From Paraphysomonas bandaiensis (taxonomy: Eukaryota > Protista > Chrysophyceae): DNA of 64,000 nucleotides. Made by a program: the position numbers and the translations under genes. The notes under the pieces are model-generated. The model saw only the letters and a list, made by a program, of their open reading frames with translations, was not told where the DNA came from and made no database searches. Shown here piece by piece: positions 13,609 to 25,800 of the stretch (position 1 is the stretch's first letter; every line of letters starts with the position of its first letter). Location: the NCBI GenBank assembly GCA_965644295.1, contig CBFFRP010000218.1, positions 62,001-126,000 on the forward strand, in the 5' to 3' direction.

Positions 13609-14147
13609 AGAGCATGTCTTAACAAGCATACCTGATACCGCAGCATGCAACACGCGCATGCCACAACCAGTAAGGTTTAAAGATTTTTCAGTAGAGCTAT
13701 GATTGTTAGGACTGATTCGGGCCAGAGTATGACTCCGCGGCACGTAGAGCTACTTACGTTTTTATGCATTAATCGTCGCCTCCGGAATAAAATGATACTT
13801 GAGCATATGTCGGCAGCTAATGTATAGGTAATTGAATACGAAGTTTAGTATCACATAATTACAATTTATTAGGAAAGTAATTATTGCAATTATAAATGAC
13901 TACAACCTGCATCAATTCGTTTATACGGAGCCCTGTGTTTCATGCTATGAAATGCAAGATATCAATCTTTGTAAGTACGAATAAAACGCACATCATATTA
14001 TTATTATATTTTAGTTTTAGAAAGAGAATTTTCTTCTCAAACACAATGCACCTGACAAGTACATATAACACTGCAAGTGTAGTTTAGTTTTATATTTAGT
14101 GTACTTTATCCGTAGACCTTAACAGCAATTCCAGAAAATGCGCCACA

Positions 14148-15269
14148 TTACATAGCACCACGTAGACGCCTGTTGGCATCGTCAGCCTTGTCGGCTTCGT
14201 TCTCGGCCTCGTCCTGAGCTTTCCGCTCAGCCTTTTGGGCCTGCTTATCCAAGTCATCTTTCTCATCATTCTTGATTGTTCCACGCTCACATTCCTGGTC
14301 CTTTAATTTATGACGTGGCACAAGTACAGTGAACTTCCCGTCAGCAGTGTTTCCATTTGCATCAGTGATCAAGTACTTTGCCTCATATATGCGATCATCG
14401 TCATCACGATCAGCTTTGAAGCAGAGCTGTCCGTCTTCCTCGTAGAATCCATAGGGACCCTGGTTGGAACTGGTCGACACAAAAGTAGCAGTCGCATCAC
14501 CACATGAATCAGAACCGGTGACAACAGAAGTATCAACACAGTAGTACTTCTTATTCGGTGGCCAGACACACACAGTGTCCAATCCAGTGGCCTGTGTGGG
14601 AGGAGTGGTATCTTTCACTCCAATAAACTGTGTCCCTGTCACAGCATCTCCGACTTCTCCATGTGCAGTCCAAGCACGGGAAATAGTATAATCATTTCCT
14701 TCCAAATGAAAGACAGTCTCCTTCAAGGAAAGAGTTAGAGCTCCACATCCAGATGTGGCAGTGGCAGATGCAGTTCCGAGTGCGGCTTCAGAAGTATCAT
14801 CTCCGCATTCGACATTGGCATCATCAGGTACATTGACAGTGATCTCACAATCAGGAATCGGGTCAATGACACACAATGCCTTCATACCATCTGATAGATC
14901 GCAGTATGTCTCCAATGCCATGTATGGTTTGCATCCATAGATACCATTACCATAATACTTTGGAGGACCAGATTCCACGTACCAACTGCGGGGAAGTTGC
15001 CCATTAAGTTCCGCACGAAGTTCAGTAAATGGTATCCATGTCCAGTCTCTGACATTGTTCATGAGTCCAACATTAGATCCAAGTTCAGCTCCAACACTCT
15101 GACAGACATCAGCAGCTGTATAGTAATTGGCTTCTTGTTGACTCAATCCAACACATTTCTCAATTACTGGACTCATATGATATCCATCCGGGCATTTCAA
15201 TGATGATGCAGATGCAATAGATGCAATGGATGCAATGGATGCAATAGCTGTTGCAAGAGAGTATATCAT
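14148..15269 (-). CDS. Secreted protein: signal peptide, C-type-lectin-like domain, HYR/Ig-like repeat and WPPN-type C-terminal domain
   Basis: Intronless 373-aa ORF with a hydrophobic N-terminus. Motifs: CPDGY..KC...A.DVC.SVGAEL (CTLD start); VPDDANVECG...DTTPP (HYR-like); VWPPNKKY...ADRD..RIYEAKYLITDANGN...VLVP. Confidence 0.75.
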   Translation of the reverse strand: MIYSLATAIASIASIASIASASSLKCPDGYHMSPVIEKCVGLSQQEANYYTAADVCQSVGAELGSNVGLMNNVRDWTWIPFTELRAELNGQLPRSWYVESGPPKYYGNGIYGCKPYMALETYCDLSDGMKALCVIDPIPDCEITVNVPDDANVECGDDTSEAALGTASATATSGCGALTLSLKETVFHLEGNDYTISRAWTAHGEVGDAVTGTQFIGVKDTTPPTQATGLDTVCVWPPNKKYYCVDTSVVTGSDSCGDATATFVSTSSNQGPYGFYEEDGQLCFKADRDDDDRIYEAKYLITDANGNTADGKFTVLVPRHKLKDQECERGTIKNDEKDDLDKQAQKAERKAQDEAENEADKADDANRRLRGAM

Positions 15270-16106
15270 ATTTGATTATTTTGATACAAGATTCTTCACT
15301 TGAAATTATGATCTTATGCAATCAATTGATTTCGAAAGTTAAACTGTCAATAAAGATTCAAACTATCAAAACGTCATCATAGATTTTATTTATAGAAGAT
15401 CTGATGGATAATTTGAAGGGAATGGAGAGGGAATCAACATATAGATATATACGTAGACATACTCAACCGTCAAATAATACATACGTATTCTATGTATAAG
15501 ATAAATATTAACGGTCACTTGAGGGAATGATGGGAACACATGGATATTCTTGAATAATACAGTGTATTTTATAGACTCTGTATTGTATTATGCGTGTGTG
15601 TGTGTGTTTGTGTATGTGTATGTGTGTACATATACGTGTGTGTGTGTGCATGTGTGTATTGTAGTATATTGCTGTACTGCTGCATATAATACACAGTATA
15701 CTGTACTTGATCACTCTATCCATATGGTGGATTTTCAGTATACTCTTAACATATACTCGTCACTGGGATGTGGTTCGTAGTGGAATTTTCACATAAAAAT
15801 AAAGACTTTTCCATGAAAAAAACAATGATTTCTATGAACAATCCCTCTCTATACTTTTCGGCAGTAACCATCTTATTTTTCGGGAATTACTTGAAGTAAA
15901 ATTACACTCTATTACTAAAGTACAACTACGGCTATAATACAGAGAATTGTTATCTCAATATTAGAGGCATCTTGGAACAAAAACATACAAAGGATGCCTA
16001 TATATATACACATATATATACACACATCTATCTATCTATCTCTACATACATACATACATAGGCGCTCGATCTCATTAATCACCTTATTAATATTCTTTTC
16101 ATAATA

Positions 16107-16703
16107 ATGAAACGTAAAGCAATTAAACAAATATCTCCAACTATGAAGAATATACAAACATCTTTCATAGATGATTCAAGTGATCATTCTGTCTATACAA
16201 TTGAAAACAAAATGAAAACTATAGAAACTCAATTGAAATCTCATAGAATACAGTTGGAATCTCATAGAATACAACTGAAACATCTTGTTATTCATAACAA
16301 TCATTTGGACCTTTCGGATATTGTATTTGCAGTGTTCCAACAAGTGATCGATGGTGGGATTTCGTCAACAAATAAACAAAAGTTTTCATCAGTTCACACT
16401 TTCTTTGCTTTTATGAATGACCCAGGAATCAATATTGCTGAACGATGTCGGGTTCGTGAGGAAGTGTTTGTCAATGCTGCTACGATAACAGGCCTGCCAC
16501 GAACTGAAAGTGACGTATATTTGAAATGCATCAAAGCTTTTAGGACCAAGCGCAACGAGGAGCAGCATCCAAATCTGAACAAAGAAACTTGTCGTTCAGT
16601 CATTAATGAGTGCTTTGAAGTCGGCTCACTTGAGCACACCGCGTTTCACCATTTTTTAGATTGTTTGAATATTCCCGAAAATAAAGATGAGGTTTTTTTT
16701 TAA
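16107..16703 (+). CDS. Small coiled-coil protein with RNxxxH (HEPN-like) motif
   Basis: Intronless 198-aa ORF with a short heptad repeat (LKSHRIQLESHRIQL) and KRNEEQHP in a helical context. Confidence 0.6.
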   Translation: MKRKAIKQISPTMKNIQTSFIDDSSDHSVYTIENKMKTIETQLKSHRIQLESHRIQLKHLVIHNNHLDLSDIVFAVFQQVIDGGISSTNKQKFSSVHTFFAFMNDPGINIAERCRVREEVFVNAATITGLPRTESDVYLKCIKAFRTKRNEEQHPNLNKETCRSVINECFEVGSLEHTAFHHFLDCLNIPENKDEVFF

Positions 16704-17310
16704 CTCTGTTTAATCATTACCAGAGAAAATTGTTTTCAAATGTTTCGTATTGTGATAAACAACTAATCGTACATATATCGGTATTTAACCTCATCTGTGT
16801 TTCTGTGTATTACTCTTAAAGGCCATGCACTTCCTGCCTACTTGGACATGAGGTGGTAATCTCAATTTCAGGGCTTGTTGTTCTGGACCTCATCTCCCAC
16901 CACCAGGGGGAATCATCATCATAATAATAATAGCTGGCTGATTAACTACACAATAATAATATGAACATATACATGAGTATATTCTTTTTTATTCTTATAA
17001 ACAATAAAGCTAACTTAATTGGGGGGGGGCTCCATCATTCACTGCGCACGCACTGCAGGGCGCAAAAAGAAAAGAAAAGATATAAGATGTAGTAGCTAGG
17101 AGCTAGCTACACTTTGGTGGTCGTAAAATAGGAGCTAGCTACTCTTTGTTCATAAATGGAATTCTACATTAATCCAAAAATGCCCTCTGTAGCAATACGT
17201 ATATACTTCTGTGAATAATTATCCCCAACCTGATAAAACAACCATCTTTATTAGCTAGAAATCATATTGCAGAGGATACGTTAAATATACAGTCCCTGTT
17301 ACAGTCCAAG

Positions 17311-17565
17311 TTATAGGCTGTCCGGTGATGTTGATAATTGTTCAGGTTGAGTATGAACTTTGTGTTTAACAGTATTGTTCCATCTCTTGACGCACTGATT
17401 TGGCGTACGGCCATTAGCCATGTAGTTTCTGACATTTACCCACGACACCCGACCTCCGCAGCCTTTCCTCTTGAACAGATTCAAGGCGGCACATAGCGTG
17501 TCGACTTCAGCGGCGGTCCAGTGTGTCCATATTTTTTTATGCATAAAATAATGGGGAGAGGTCAA
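17311..17565 (-). CDS. Myb/SANT domain-coding segment (5' structure unresolved, possibly degenerate)
   Basis: WTAAEVDTLCAAL...SWVNVRNYMANGRTPNQCVKRWNN carries the three spaced Trp residues and RT..QC..RW of a Myb repeat. Confidence 0.7.
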   Translation of the reverse strand: MTSPHYFMHKKIWTHWTAAEVDTLCAALNLFKRKGCGGRVSWVNVRNYMANGRTPNQCVKRWNNTVKHKVHTQPEQLSTSPDSL

Positions 17566-19886
17566 ACTTTTTTCACATCGTTGTTGTGATGTCTGCAGCC
17601 TCTGTTTTTGAGCATGTTTATCCCTCCATTGTAGAGAGGGAGCAGAATTTTAGTGACGCATTCACCGGAGTCAGAACCAGTGTATTGAGGAAGATCAAGG
17701 TGAGTGTTGAAAAAAGCAATTCTGAGATAATAGCACCCATCAATACCACAATTAGAGATTAAAAGGAAGTTCATAAGGTAGTTCATAAGGTATACTGTAG
17801 ATCAAAAGGAAGTTAATCCGGTTGTTCAAAGGGAGGTCATAAGGGAAGAAGTCATGTTAATGAAGTCCATACAGGAGTTCATTAATAAGCAAACTAAACT
17901 TGGGAAAAAAAATTCCCAAATACTTTTATTAATGATTTCTGTGTTTTCATAATATATATTAAGTACTTAAATTATTACGATAGGTTTCACACATATTATA
18001 AACAAATACCAGAAAACTTAAATTTAAAAAACGAGAAATATACGAACGTCGGCTTAAAAATTGAAATCGTAGTAAGTAGAACGCAACTAAATATCAATTA
18101 TTATTCTTGATGATACTCCGCTTTTCTTGTATATTATATATATTATCAGGTTACCAAAATTACATTAGTGTGTGGCTTCATTTTTCTTCTACTAGAAGTT
18201 TTCTTCTGTGGAAGACGGAGTCGAAATCCGAGTAAATGAGCACTCGTAATCGTCGTGGTACATATCTCTTGCCACAACTTCACATATTTCACATGGGTCC
18301 GCCTATATACAAAAGTTTATACATATGATGACTATAAAACATACATGTACATAATATATATATATAGCTACATATTAGTACCCGCGAGATGCACACGTTA
18401 CACATAACGTCTGCTTTCTGCCGGTGTCTCTGGAAACTAGCATCTGACGGTTTGCCCTGCTATGTGTTACCTTCTTTGCTTCGCAGTCTACACATTCTGT
18501 GTTGTATCATCATCTAAGTCTATATAACCCACAGTCACGGAAAGGACAAGCGCATCTGACCTTCATAACATATTTTATAAATGTTGTATACTCCAGTACA
18601 CATATACAGTAACAAGCATAAAACATGACTCTCATCTAGTTACTATCGCATGCACCAACAAATGCTCAACTATACAACACGATTTAGTTAGCTACACATG
18701 GGCACACGACGTGTTGTATGTTTAAGCCGGATCATACGCTCCTGCTCAATCTACTTGTCCTGACACAAACAACTTGCGGTCGGTGTCTTCGGCAAATGTC
18801 GCCTGTATAATATGCGGTAGATCTTTCAGACCCTCTTCAAGGTGGTGTTCACAGCAGCAGGTAGTCTGGAGTGGAGTGGAGAGTAGCTCTGGCGCCGGGT
18901 CCTCCCATGGTCATGACGCGACCTCACTTGTGCAATTTTGCACACTGAGACGCATGAAACAGATGTCTACCAAAATCTGTTACAAATTCAAGCTGACTCC
19001 AAATTGCGTGCACTCATCCAGCACATGCATCTACCTTGCACTCTTCTCTCGAGTGACTTACGTTAGTAGGAAACTGTGCACCTTCCCCGTTCGGATGAAA
19101 AACTACTAAGCAAAAATAACAGTGTCAGAGCCTTGTTATAATCTCAATGACATATATAGGTCAGGAGAAACCACAAGACTCTACTAGGCAGTAGATGTGT
19201 GGAAATCCATAACAGGTCTAATCATATTGCCATTAAGTCGAGGTAAAGCAATTTCACCAGGTTTCATATCTAAGTATTGAGTTATTATTTTACTGTCATT
19301 TGTATCTGAGAGGTTAACGATAGACACACAGCGTACTAATATTGCAGTATTGAATGGCCCTTCTGGATCAACATGTTCACGCACAAGGTAAATGAATTGG
19401 ATTCGCACAAATGTTAAAAAAAACATATTCCACATATTTTAATGAACTACCTTTGAATTTCCTTATTTCACTAGTGAAACATTGGTAGTGCTATGTAAAT
19501 CTTTAAGCAACGATATCATGCGTTTCTAATTGTTCTTTTGTAATTGAATGGTCTCGCCTTTTCATCATCGAGTTCACCTTTGTGTGTAGATACATTACTT
19601 ATCAAAAAAACTGTATCTGTGCTACTACCTATTGGTACATTTCTTCTAGCCAATTAATTGGTACGCAAGCCTACTGCACTGCACGTATGTGTTTTGCCAG
19701 GGCTCCATTCATTCTCATTTTAACTATATTGTTCGCACTGTGGTAATTCAAGATCAATCCGTTTCATACGGCATGAAGCAGTTTACTTATATGATATCGA
19801 CTTTTTTATAATTCAAATACTGCTTCTATCTAGAATGCTAGCTACCTGGTCAACAGAAGCATCACATACTACTCGATTTCAACATA

Positions 19887-22800
19887 TTAGGACTGAGCGC
19901 ATTCCGCAGGTTGCTCCATATCCGTTGAGGGTGCATCACTCCCGCTTGCTTTTACTCGATTTCTTCTTCCTCTTCGACCTTGAGCAGCTCCACCAGGAGC
20001 TGACGATGCAGAATTATCGATAACATTTCCGCTTAACGCGTCACCAAATTTACGGACAGAATTAGACTGTTTACAAGTACTATTTAACTTGTCCTTGTCC
20101 GCACTTGGGATAGGAGAAGTATGAGCATTCTCAATATCTGATTCATCAGATCGGAACTTTTTTGTTGTATTCTCTTCATCACAATCGTCTGAATACAAAT
20201 ACAATTTATTAGGAATTCAAAATAAAATGGTATTGAATACAGCAACACGCCACAACAATACGTACCATGCAACCGCTTGCTTCCAGAGCACTCCGATAAA
20301 CATAAGTTATCTTCTCCGAGTTTTTTGGACAATGTCTCAGCTTTTGCTTTGAAAGTGGCTACACTGGCACGTAGTTCCTTATTTTCTTTTAAGAGCTCAA
20401 TATTTTCTTCCTCCAACACTTGTACCTCTACATTCACTGCAGTTTTGCTTCCTGCTAGCTGTGAATCACTAGCTAACAGCTTCTGCTCAGTTTCCTGAAC
20501 TTTAATGTGTTCGAGCTCCAATTGAGTGTTCAGTTCAAGACATCTATCGTTAGCTTCCCTTAGTGATGTCTTAGTAGCCTCATAGCGCCTTTCCAGAGCC
20601 AACTTCTGGGCCTGAAGGGAATCTACCTCTGCCTTGATTGTGGTGATTTCGGACGTCATGGCAGCTTGATCAGCTTTTAGGGACTCGATAGTTCCAACAG
20701 CGCTTTTCCATTTGCTGGCCAAAGCCGTAACCGAATCGGATAAATCCTGCGCACCAAGCACGTCATTTAGAGTCTTCAAAATAATAGCTTGCAATTTTTA
20801 TACACGCAAAAACATTACCAAACAGTGTGCAAATAGCTCACCTGCTCGATTACACTTTCCTCCATTGAGGTATCTGTCAATACTAGGCCAGATACATCTA
20901 TGCCACATTTCTTCAACACATTAACGACTGCCTGCTTTTCTCCTTCATACTCCTGTAACTGTCTTGAGCACTCCTTCAGTTTACTTTTCAAAGTACTAGA
21001 CATGAGCTGTGATTGCTCTAACTGAGAAGTCACATCATTGAGTTGCAACTGGAGAGTGGATGTGTCAACTGTAGAACTGTGCGTACAAAAGTAGGAATGT
21101 ATTTTATCTCGTGCCACATCACAACAGTAATATATCTTACCTCTTACTCCTAGTCTGGGTTGTAGTGGTCAATCGCTGTTGTAAATCTTCATACGCAGCT
21201 TTGAGCTGACTGAGTTGTTTTTTGTAAATTTTACATTCCTCAGTCTTCTTATTTTTATCTTCTCGTACTTGCTTTATTTTTTCATACTGATCTTTGGTTA
21301 GCTTCGACTTCTCTAAGTGAGCTATACGCTTATCCTTGCTCTCGATGGTTTCGGATACTTCGAGGCGGTACGATTCGTATTGTTTTTCCATATCCTTCAA
21401 CTCTGCAGCTAACTGCATATTTGAACCCGTCAAATCATCAATTCTCCGTTGAAGTACTGATTGTTCTTCTGAAGAGATGAGTTCAGATTCAGAACGTTGA
21501 TCGACCTGCTGTTTCAGAATCTCAATTTGAGCTTTCAATTCGCAGCATTCTTCCTTAGACTCCTGAAGGTTCTTCCGAACATTCTGCATAGTCGCATAGC
21601 CTTCATTACGCTCGGTTTCATATCTTGATTTCAGTTTGTCCATTTCTTCCTCAGCAGCCTTCATCAGCATTGCAAGCTCATTGGAGCTTTTCTTGTCATA
21701 GTCCGACAACTGATCACGCAGAGTCTTGCACTCACTACTTGCAGCTCCGAATTGGGCCTCAGCATCAAGCTTCTGTTCAATGAGTGTATTCATTTCAGAG
21801 ATTAGCTGCTGGTACTCGTCACTGGATGTGGCATTGGCAGATGTAGAGAGAAGCTGAATTTCCTTATCTTTTTCCATTAAAAGACTTTTCACCTCTTCAA
21901 TCTGATTTGTCAATGTAGCTCGCTCTTCCGACGCAGACGACAAGACACTGTCAAGTGATTGCTGCAACATATCGACTTTGTCAGTGAGAGACTCATTTTC
22001 TTCTTTATACTTTTCCAAGGCTAATTCCTGTTGTTCAGCCACACATAAATCTGACTCCAACTGCTCAATGGTTTTCTTCAATTCAATGATAGTTTCTTCC
22101 CGAGATGCAATTTCAGATTTCAGATTTTCAAAATCTGCAGTAACGTTAGCTGTACTATGCGCTTCATCTTTACTATTCTCCAACTCCTTTAGGCGCTTTT
22201 GAAGATCATCGACAGTTTCGCACAACAGAGTGTTTTCGCTTTTAGCATCCATTAATTGTGAAGTTAAAGCATCATATTCGCTGTGCAGATGAGTCAGATC
22301 GTCTTTTGCTCTTTTGTACCGGTTCTGTACATCAGCATAGTCTTGCGTCAAGTCATTTAGTTGAGCTGTGACAGTATTTCGTGATGACTTCATGGCCTCC
22401 ATTTCCGTGCTGAGGTCACTGTGTTCACTCACCTCAAGCTGATTCATCAAATCACGCAGTTTGTCCTCCAATGTATTCTTTTCGTTGATTACTGATTTAT
22501 GCGTGCTCTGGAGAGCACTAAGTTCCGACGACACACGGTGAAATTCAGAGTTAAGCGCATTAAATTGGGCAATTTGTGCGTTGTTGCCAGCAGCGGATTC
22601 TGTCATTTTAGAAAGCAGCTCCTGAAGTTTGTGAATCTCACACTGCATTTTCTCCTCCTTAAAAAGAAATTCTGACTCCTGTTTACTCCCTGCCTTCTCG
22701 ATATTAGCCAACTGAAGAGTTAAGGATTCCTTTTCTCCTTTCAAAAGATCCACCTGAGTCATCAGATGACCAATTCTTTTGACTGACACATCTGCGTCAC

Positions 22801-25800
22801 TGCAAGTACTAGAATCTCTTGCCATGAATATTTTTTCTGCCTGCTCTGCCCGTACAGCACGCTGTTCCCATTCATCAATTTGGTGCATAAGACGAGAGAT
22901 TTCTGACTCCTTCTGCCCAAGAGTAGTCATTAGCTTCTCTACGTCTCTATCAGTACTGCGTCTTGAGGACTCCATATTCGACAGGGTATCCGTCGATTCT
23001 TTGCGCGCAAGCTAGAACAATACATAGAGATAAAGTTAGAAACGCTGTAAATGTAGCAACGTACACATCATATACACATCCTAACCTCCAATTGGAATTC
23101 CATTTCTCTAATCCGCTCCTCTAAGGTTTTGACAAGATTCTCAGATGCAGATAGCTGATTTTCGAGTTCGACAAGACGACAATTATTCTCGTTGGTGGAT
23201 GCATTAGATTCCGGAACACCTTGGGCAAGCTCGTGTTCTTTAGACGTCACAGTCTGCCTTAGGAGAGACAACTCTTCTTCAAGCTCATGAATAATTCCAT
23301 TTTTCTCCTGAATCTCTTTCGAGTGCTCGGCCACAGCAGAATCCAAGCCTTCCAATTTAGATTGCAGTTCACAAATCAGGTCATCGGCTTGACTCAGGTC
23401 GTCTTCCAATTGCATAACTTTATCTTGTGCATCGCTCTGATTAGCTCCCAATGAAAGCTGCTGATTGAGCTCATCGATGGTGCCCTCCAAAATATCTTTC
23501 GTCTGTTTTAAACCCTCCACAGTGGTTTCGGATTCCTTTAACTTCGATTCGAGTTGAGACATCTTGGCCTCAAAATCATTCCATTTAGAAACAAGGTCGG
23601 TAGCCTCCGGCACATTCATCACCTCGCATAAATTCTCAATTAAAATATTGGACATTGACAGCGTCTCCTGATACTCTGCATTGCAGGATTCCAAAAGTTC
23701 AAGGCGTTCAGTCATGTTAGCTAATTCGGCAGTGTCTACAAGATTGGACGACTGACTACACTTCAGAGAATCTAATTCTTCTGAAAGGTGCTCGTTTCGC
23801 TGTCGCGCCTCAGTTAATTCAACTTTTATGGCAGACAACTGATTTTCCAGAGTGTTTAATTGGGCAGCGTAGGAAGCAGACTCTTCCAGTGCTCCTTCTT
23901 GCAACGTCAAAGACTCATCTAAACTGGACTGCAAAGATGATATTTCATTCAGAAGAGCTACTTTTTGATCAGTTGCCTCCTTTAACTGATATTGTATATC
24001 TTCAATGTTCTCAGAAAGGCTTTGCGATGCCTCTAACTTCGCCTGCAGGTCCTTCAATGACATAATTATGTCATCCACTGATTCGACATTTAATTCGGCG
24101 CATACTTCTGATGTTAGGGAAGTCAACTTCTCCTGTGCGCATTCTAATTCTGAAAACTTTTGGCTCCAACTGCACACTTCTGACTGTAAATTATCCTCAG
24201 ATTTCACCACCTTAGAATGAAGTTCTCTACTCTCATTAACTAATGACTCCATGCAGGTTTCGAGCATACTCAGGATATGCATAATAGATATATCCTCATC
24301 AGCACCTGCAAATTTGTCTCCTTGAATAGATTTCAGAATATTCGCAACGCGTAAATGAATTCCACCAATGGATTCAGTCAATCCCATTACACTACCCTGT
24401 AATTGATTCTCAGATTCTTGCAAAGCGCAAACCTCATCTTCCAGGTCGTGAATTTTCTTTTGTGCTGAAGCTAAAGCCACCTGCACCTCACTCCTGTCAG
24501 AGTTTAATACATCGTGTTCAGAACTGATGTCATGAATGCGCTGCTGTGCACGAGACAGTTCTAGAGCCGCATCCTCAGCACTCTTCCTCGATAAACATAA
24601 CTCTTCTTCGGTATCTGCCAACTTTGAATATAACTCGTCTATGGTAGCGGACATAGTACGTTTCTCTGAAACCTCAGCATTCAGATTCTCAATACTACAC
24701 TCAAGTTTAGATATAGTCTGCTCATACTCAGACACTCTGGACTCATACTGAGACAATTCCTCCTTCGCACTAGCCAAATCACATGATACACTGTCAGTAT
24801 CAGAAAGCTGCTCCTTGTATTGCTCAATAGAAGACTCAAGATTAGATATAGTCTGCTCATACTCAGACACTCTGGACACATACTGAGACAACTCCTCCTT
24901 CGCACTAGCCAAATCACATGATACACTGTCAGCATCAGAAAGCTGCTCCTTGTATTGCTCAATAGAGGACTCAAGATTAGATATAGTCTGCTCATACTCA
25001 GACACTCTGGACTCATACTGAGACAATTCCTCCTTCGCACTAGCCAAATCACATGATACACTGTCAGCATCAGAAAGCTGCTCCTTGTATTGCTCAATAG
25101 AGGACTCAAGATTAGATATAGTCTGCTCATACTCAGACACTCTGGACTCATACTGAGACAATTCCTCCTTAGCACTAGCCAAATCACATGATACACTGTC
25201 AGCATCAGAAAGCTGCTCCTTGTATTGCTCAATAGAAGACTCAAGATTAGATATAGTCTGCTCATACTCAGACACTCTGGACTCATACTGAGACAACTCC
25301 TCCTTCGCACTAGCCAAATCACATGATACACTGTCAGCATCAGAAAGCTGCTCCTTGTATTGCTCAATAGAAGACTCAAGATTAGATATAGTCTGCTCAT
25401 ACTCAGACACTCTGGACTCATACTGAGACAACTCCTCCTTCGCACTAGCCAAATCACATGATACACTGTCAGCATCAGAAAGCTGCTCCTTGTATTGCTC
25501 AATAGAAGACTCAAGATTAGATATAGTCTGCTCATACTCAGACACTCTGGACTCATACTGAGACAACTCCTCCTTCGCACTGGCCAAATCACATGATACA
25601 CTGTCAACATCAGAAAGCTGCTCCTTGTATTGCTCAATAGAGGACTCAAGATTAGATATAGTCTGCTCATACTCAGACACTCTGGACTCATACTGAGACA
25701 ATTCCTCCTTCGCACTAGCCAAATCACATGATACACTGTCAGCATCACAAAGCTGTTCCTTGTATTGCTCAATAAGCTGCTGGTCTGCGTGGGCAGACTC

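Noticed and set aside
18190-19435. Minus-strand exon-like pieces with CxxC pairs (CVDC, CVTC, CEIC)
   Set aside because: Could not assemble a continuous reading frame; possibly a pseudogene, too weak to call.
24681-25772. 363-aa overlapping alternative-frame ORF
   Set aside because: A stop-free frame multiplied by the 135-bp repeat; it ends at the repeat boundaries.
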